DNA of 64,000 nucleotides from Rebecca billardiae RCC1528 (lineage: Eukaryota; Protista; Haptophyta): the NCBI GenBank assembly GCA_965240325.2, contig OZ251223.1, positions 682,001-746,000 on the forward strand, in the 5' to 3' direction. The translations under genes were made by a program, and so were the position numbers. Below, piece by piece: positions 59,144 to 64,000 of the stretch. The notes under the pieces are model-generated. The model saw nothing but the letters and a program-made list of their open reading frames with translations, ran no database searches and was not told the DNA's origin. The first letter of the stretch is position 1; each line of letters starts with the position of its first letter.

Positions 59144-61762
59144 TCATGCACCGACGACGCGGAGGCTAACGTTCACATGGGTCCAGCCGCGCCGCGCGTC
59201 GACATGCGGCGCGACGATCACGAGCGCGCCCGCAGTCAACGCGGGCTCCGCGCGCGTCGGCGGGCCGCTGCGTGCGCCTGCCGCCGCTCGTGCGCGAGCC
59301 TGACGCGGCGGCGCCGTGCTCCACCACCAGCCGACCGCGTCCCACGCGCCGCGCGTGCTGGGTGCGATGGCCTCGCCATTCACCACGACGCTCTCGACGA
59401 GCGCGGCGGCCACGCCACGCAGCTGCAACGCGTGCCGCGCGCGCGCCGGCTCGGCTGCGTAGCCTGGGCCTGCCACCGGGCTGACGGACGCGCGCAGCCG
59501 GCGCACTGCGCCGCTGCACTCCCACGCGAGCTGCAGCCGCGTGAGCGTGTGCGCGCCACGCGCGTACGCCAGGCTGGTGCCGTCGTCCATGTACGCCCAG
59601 CCCCCACCGCCCTCGACGGCAGGGCTCGCGCCAGCGCTGCCGGCCGCGCGCCACGCGGGCGGCGGCCAGACCGCCCACGCGATCGTGCGCTCGGCGGGCG
59701 GCGCGCGCCGCCGGCCTGGCGCCCACAGGGGGAGTGCGCTGCCCGCGCGCACGAGGGCGGGCGTGTCGTCGAGCCCCACGTCGAGCGGCACGACGGCCAC
59801 GCCGTCTGCGCCCGCGCCCTCGGCGGCGCCGGCGCCGGCGCCGGGCGCGCGCGCCGGCGAGCCCTCGTACGCGCGCGCGCCGTCCCAGCTGCACCACGCC
59901 CCCGGTGGCAGCCACACGCGCACGCGGCCCGCGTCGCGCGCCCACTGCAGCACCGGCCGCACGAGCACCGCGTCGCCGACGTGGAACTGGGCGGAGAGGT
60001 CGAGCTGCAGCCGCGGCGCGGCGCGCACGGCGCGCGCGTACGCGCGCGTCGCGCCGTGCGCGAACCACATCGGCGCGAGGGGCGGCGCGCCCGCGTCGTC
60101 AAACGCGCGGCGCGCAAGCGCGTACAGATAGGGCACGAGCGCGCCGCGCAGCCGCAGCTGGCGCAGCAGCGCGGCGCGGTACGGCTCGGGCGCGCGCCAC
60201 GCGCGCGTGTCCGCGCCGCCGCCGCCGTGCGGCCGAAAGAGCGGCGACCACGCGCCCCACTGCGCGTACCGCACGAAGCGCCGCGCGTTCACCGGCGCGC
60301 GCGCGCCCGCCGCGTCCGCGTAAGGCCCGAGGTCGGAGCTCAGGCTTGCGAAGAGCTGGCCCGCCGCCACCTCGGCGCACGCGCGCACCGACGCCTCGAG
60401 CGGCGTGAAGTGCGGCGGCAGGTGCGGCGGGGGCACGTCGCCGGTCCACGCGCCGGGGAAGCGGTGCGCGCCGAGCGCGCCGCGCAGCCGCGCACCGCGC
60501 AGCGGCGCCGCGTTGAAGTTCGTCCCGTCCGCGCGCCCGGGCATTCGGTTGAGCGCGAGCGTGCGGCCGCCCGAGCGCGCGGCGAGCGCGTGCAGCGCAT
60601 AGTTGGCCAGCACGTTGCAGTCGAGGTCGGCGGGCGCGGTGGCGTCGCCGCACACGCCGGGCGGGCGCGGCTGGCAGTTGCCGTCGATCCAGACCCAGTC
60701 CATCGCGGGCATGAGCAGCGCGTCGTGCCACGCCGTCACCCACGCCACGTCGTACAGGTTGCACGCAAACGTCTGGTTGGCCGACGGCTCGGCGCCGATC
60801 GCGCGCGCAAACGCGTCGTACCCGTCCTCCGAGCCGCGGCGGATGGCGCAGCCGGGGTGCGTGTTGGACATGAGCGCGAGCGGCGCGCCGTACGCGTTCG
60901 CGCCGGAGCGCAGGCCCTCGCGCAGCGCCTCGGGCCGCGGGAAGCGCGCGCGCGCCCACGAGTAGCCGCACCAGCCGCCGCGGTGCCAAGCGTAGTCGAG
61001 GACGAGGACGTCGAGCGGCAGGTCGAGGCGCGCGTGCGGCGCGAGCACGAGCTCGGAGAGGCCGCGCTGCGTGTACAGCTCGGGGAGGCAGCAGCCCGAG
61101 TACCACACGCCGTACGCCGCGAGCGGGAGCATCGCCGGCGTGCCCGTCACCGCCGCCAGCTGGCGCGTGCCCTCCTGCACGTCCGCGCCGTAGCACAGCA
61201 AGTAGAGGTCGGTGGGCGCCCCGGGGCGAGCGGCCGCCCACCACGCGATGCGGCTGGGGCGGGAGGCGTGCCCGGCGTCCGGCTCGAGGCGCGCCGTGCG
61301 CGAGTCGTCCAGCACGTACCAGCCGCGCGCGCTCACGGGCACCGGCGGCAGCGCATCGAGCAGCGCGTCGTCGATGCCGCCGGCCACGTCGACCACGGCC
61401 GACCAGCGCGTCGACGCGCGATCGCACGTGAGCTGGATGCGCGCGCGGCCCGCGCGCTCGGGCGTCAGGCGCAGGCGTAGCGCCGCCGTCTTCACGCCGA
61501 GCGCGTCGCCCGCGCGCTCCACCACGAAGCGCGGCACGGGCGTTCGCCGGTTGACGACGACTAGCGTCGGCCGATCGTCGATCCCATACGGCCGCGTCCC
61601 GAGCTGCACGCGCACGAGGCCCTCGCGCAGCACCGTGACGCGCTGACCCGCTCGGCCCTCGACCACGGCCGACGTGTTCGCGTGCGGCTCGTCGTCGCCG
61701 GCAGCCAGTGATGCGAGGATGACGACGGCGGTGGCGACGATCGCTGCCATCGGCACCCTCAT
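59144..61762 (-). CDS. Secreted glycoside hydrolase family 31
   Basis: Signal peptide; PAMLPLAAYGVWYS; LPLDVLVLDYAWH..GYSW...FP; nucleophile WVWID; acid/base WTGDV; SSDLGPY; RYAQWGAWSPLFRPHG. Intronless. Confidence 0.9.
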   Translation of the reverse strand: MRVPMAAIVATAVVILASLAAGDDEPHANTSAVVEGRAGQRVTVLREGLVRVQLGTRPYGIDDRPTLVVVNRRTPVPRFVVERAGDALGVKTAALRLRLTPERAGRARIQLTCDRASTRWSAVVDVAGGIDDALLDALPPVPVSARGWYVLDDSRTARLEPDAGHASRPSRIAWWAAARPGAPTDLYLLCYGADVQEGTRQLAAVTGTPAMLPLAAYGVWYSGCCLPELYTQRGLSELVLAPHARLDLPLDVLVLDYAWHRGGWCGYSWARARFPRPEALREGLRSGANAYGAPLALMSNTHPGCAIRRGSEDGYDAFARAIGAEPSANQTFACNLYDVAWVTAWHDALLMPAMDWVWIDGNCQPRPPGVCGDATAPADLDCNVLANYALHALAARSGGRTLALNRMPGRADGTNFNAAPLRGARLRGALGAHRFPGAWTGDVPPPHLPPHFTPLEASVRACAEVAAGQLFASLSSDLGPYADAAGARAPVNARRFVRYAQWGAWSPLFRPHGGGGADTRAWRAPEPYRAALLRQLRLRGALVPYLYALARRAFDDAGAPPLAPMWFAHGATRAYARAVRAAPRLQLDLSAQFHVGDAVLVRPVLQWARDAGRVRVWLPPGAWCSWDGARAYEGSPARAPGAGAGAAEGAGADGVAVVPLDVGLDDTPALVRAGSALPLWAPGRRRAPPAERTIAWAVWPPPAWRAAGSAGASPAVEGGGGWAYMDDGTSLAYARGAHTLTRLQLAWECSGAVRRLRASVSPVAGPGYAAEPARARHALQLRGVAAALVESVVVNGEAIAPSTRGAWDAVGWWWSTAPPRQARARAAAGARSGPPTRAEPALTAGALVIVAPHVDARRGWTHVNVSLRVVGA

Positions 61763-61865
61763 CGCCCGACCGGATGCGCCGGCCACCGCGGCCGCAGCGC
61801 AATTCAGCAAACGGAATTTTGCGCTCGCCGGTGCGCACCCCCATGGCCAGTGGCTGATCAGATCA

Positions 61866-63002
61866 ATGGCTACCGGCGCCGTGGCCGCCCGAAGGCCAGC
61901 CCGGCCACTGGCCGGGCTGGCCTTCGGTCTCTACTGCCTGCTCGCCCCGCCTTGCCTTGGGGTCGAGCCGCCGGCTCGGCCGGAGACTGTGGCCGCAAGA
62001 GGGCGGCTTCTGGGGCCTATCCCCGGCATCTTTCGGCACATCCGCCGGCCGGCCGCTGCACCGCGCGCATCGGCTCGGACGCCGAGCAAGCCTGCACAGG
62101 CAAAGCCGAATGTTGACCTCCGGGCCCTCGCGCGGGTTCTCGGCTTCGAGCCATGCGTGTGGATCGTCTGGATGGGGAACGCCATGTCTGGCGAGCGTCT
62201 CCGCGCCATGCAAGCCCTGAACCGCTCGATCGGCGTGCCCGTACGGCTGGTGACTGAGGCAAACGTGCAGTCGTACGTCAAGCCGGGCCACGCGCTGCAC
62301 GCGGGCTTCGAGTACCTGTCCGCGATCCACCGCTCCGACTACCTCGCCGCGTACCTGTCGCACCACTACGGCGGCGGCTACCATGACGTCAAGCGACCTC
62401 ACGGCTCGTGGGCGCCCCACTTTGAGCGCTTTGCCAACGATCCCGGGCTCTGGCTGTACGGCCCGCGCGAGCAGCGCGCTGGCGCCATCGCGTGCAAGGA
62501 GGTTGCGGCCTGGGCGGACGCCGAGTGCGTGCGGATACGCGCGGCGCGCGGGGAGACGCGCACGTCGTTCCGCTCCGTGCGCGCCGAGCCGCGCGGCTCG
62601 CACATCAACGGCACCGTCGACCGTGTCGACAAGATCATGGGCGCCTGCTGTGAGCGCGTACGCAACGCGTACGCTCGGCTCGTGACCGTGCAGGCATTCA
62701 TCGCACGCCCGCGCACGGCACTCACCGCCGACTGGCTGCGGCTGAACCACGAGCGGCTGGACTACCGCCTGGACGAGCTGCGCGCGCACACAGCGCGCTT
62801 CCCGCGCTGCTGCCACAAGCACGAGGACGCGTACCCGATCGGCTGGAACGACCTGAAGGGCGGCGCGCTCCATCCACTCATGCTCAAGTACGCAGAGCAC
62901 GTGGGCACGGGCATGCCGCGGCACGCACACGCGAGCTACCGCGATCCCGCGTCGGAGGACAGGCCGTACGATGCGCGGCGAGCAGGGCCCGCGATGCGAT
63001 AG
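61866..63002 (+). CDS. Type II membrane glycosyltransferase, GT32 / capsular-polysaccharide-synthesis-like
   Basis: N-terminal hydrophobic anchor; VWIVWMGNAMS..R; LHAGFEYLSAIHRSDYLAAYLSHHYGGGYHDVK. Confidence 0.75.
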   Translation: MATGAVAARRPARPLAGLAFGLYCLLAPPCLGVEPPARPETVAARGRLLGPIPGIFRHIRRPAAAPRASARTPSKPAQAKPNVDLRALARVLGFEPCVWIVWMGNAMSGERLRAMQALNRSIGVPVRLVTEANVQSYVKPGHALHAGFEYLSAIHRSDYLAAYLSHHYGGGYHDVKRPHGSWAPHFERFANDPGLWLYGPREQRAGAIACKEVAAWADAECVRIRAARGETRTSFRSVRAEPRGSHINGTVDRVDKIMGACCERVRNAYARLVTVQAFIARPRTALTADWLRLNHERLDYRLDELRAHTARFPRCCHKHEDAYPIGWNDLKGGALHPLMLKYAEHVGTGMPRHAHASYRDPASEDRPYDARRAGPAMR

Positions 63003-63670
63003 CACGGGGCTACACGACGTGCAGCACGTACTATGACACTACGGCCGATCGAGACGAAGCGAGTACCGTCGGTGCGCTTGGTCCGCGGTCGCGCTCGCCG
63101 CTCGGCGCTGGATCGGCCGTCGTCCCGGTGCGGGCCGCTGAAAGTTTCCTGAATATAATCACAGTCGTATCCTTGATAATCGGCGGTTGACCATGAATAC
63201 CGTCCGGCGGGGCCGCACTGCTGATCGCCTGATCCGAGCCTACTGCTGCCGCTGGCTGCTAAGTCCGATGCCATATATTAGCACTCAAACCGTACGTACT
63301 CCTGTTACCAGTGTCACCCGGTCACCGGGCCTGATCAGTGATCAGTAGTGATCATCGGGCTGATGAGGCTCGGATGATTCCGCATGCGGCGTGGCGTTTA
63401 GTGCATGATGCCCTATGTGTGCCATGCGCGGTTGAGGTGGGCGAGGACGTGGGCGCAGCACCGCAGCCCGCTGCTGATACCATCTCGGCATCTCCTGGTC
63501 GCAGCACAGGTCGCGGCCACATGTCGGAAGGCCCGAAGGTTCACTCCCACCGTGAGTGAACCCCATCAAACAAAGAAACATCGTCGACAGACTTCTACGA
63601 AGGCTCCGCCAATTTGGCGGCGACATATGCCCAGGGCCTTGGCAAGGTAGCGTGCGGCACCTGCGTGCTC

Positions 63671-63910
63671 TCAGCAAGCATCCACTGTCCGCGCTCGCTT
63701 GCTCGCGGCATTTTCTGCCTCGGTCACGTTGAGCCGCTCGATGAGCGGCGTCGGCCGAGCGGTGAAGCTCACCTTGCGCCGGATGACTCCCACCACCTCA
63801 TAGTGCGTCTGGGGCTCTTCTCTCCTCTTCGAGAGCACAGCCTGCGGCTTCTTCAGCTGCATCATGGACCCTTCGAGCACCTGCTTGCCGATCTGCAGGC
63901 GCACCTTGTC
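63671..63910 (-). CDS. CTF8: Chromosome transmission fidelity protein 8, last exon (gene continues upstream)
   Basis: LQIGKQVLEGSMMQLKKPQAVLSK...YEVVGVIRRKVSFTARPTP matches the Ctf8 pattern; CAG acceptor at 63911-63913. Confidence 0.8.
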   Translation of the reverse strand, partial: DKVRLQIGKQVLEGSMMQLKKPQAVLSKRREEPQTHYEVVGVIRRKVSFTARPTPLIERLNVTEAENAASKRARTVDAC

Positions 63911-64000
63911 CTGCACGCGACGCGAGTGCGAGCGCACGCACGGGAGCGCGCCTGAGCTGCGGCTCCGCAGCGCTGCGTGTCGCGCGCGGAGGAGCGCTTA

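Overview
Very GC-rich, gene-dense eukaryotic nuclear DNA with short spliceosomal introns (GTGCG...GCGCAG, plus two GC-AG introns). One gene has a signal peptide plus transit-peptide-like leader. Together these suggest a secondary-plastid alga, probably a haptophyte (inference). About 20 protein genes are recognisable: SAP/WW protein, alpha-MPP, a SIL1-motif secretory protein, a two-pore channel with an expanded EF-hand tail, a LON-N domain protein, RVB2 (with a tandem duplicate of its 3' end), PRMT1, NDUFS8, B12D/NDUFA4-like, an EamA transporter, Sel1-MYND, a PHD/EGLN-like prolyl hydroxylase, TLDc, BRE1, beta-COP, a hybrid histidine kinase, GH31, a GT32-like glycosyltransferase and CTF8. Many are arranged head-to-head. 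The non-genic DNA is rich in non-autonomous transposons. A 10-kb gene-free island (25.7-35.7 kb) holds four elements: one ending in the RSS heptamer CACAGTG with block-conserved TIRs, a (TA)n-embedded TIR element, a hAT MITE and a long-TIR element inserted 25 bp upstream of the Sel1-MYND gene. Elsewhere there are a split-direct-repeat-like array, a foldback, a Tc1/mariner MITE and a perfect 49-bp inverted pair bracketing the histidine kinase gene. Most long ORFs in the supplied track are GC-rich shadow ORFs.
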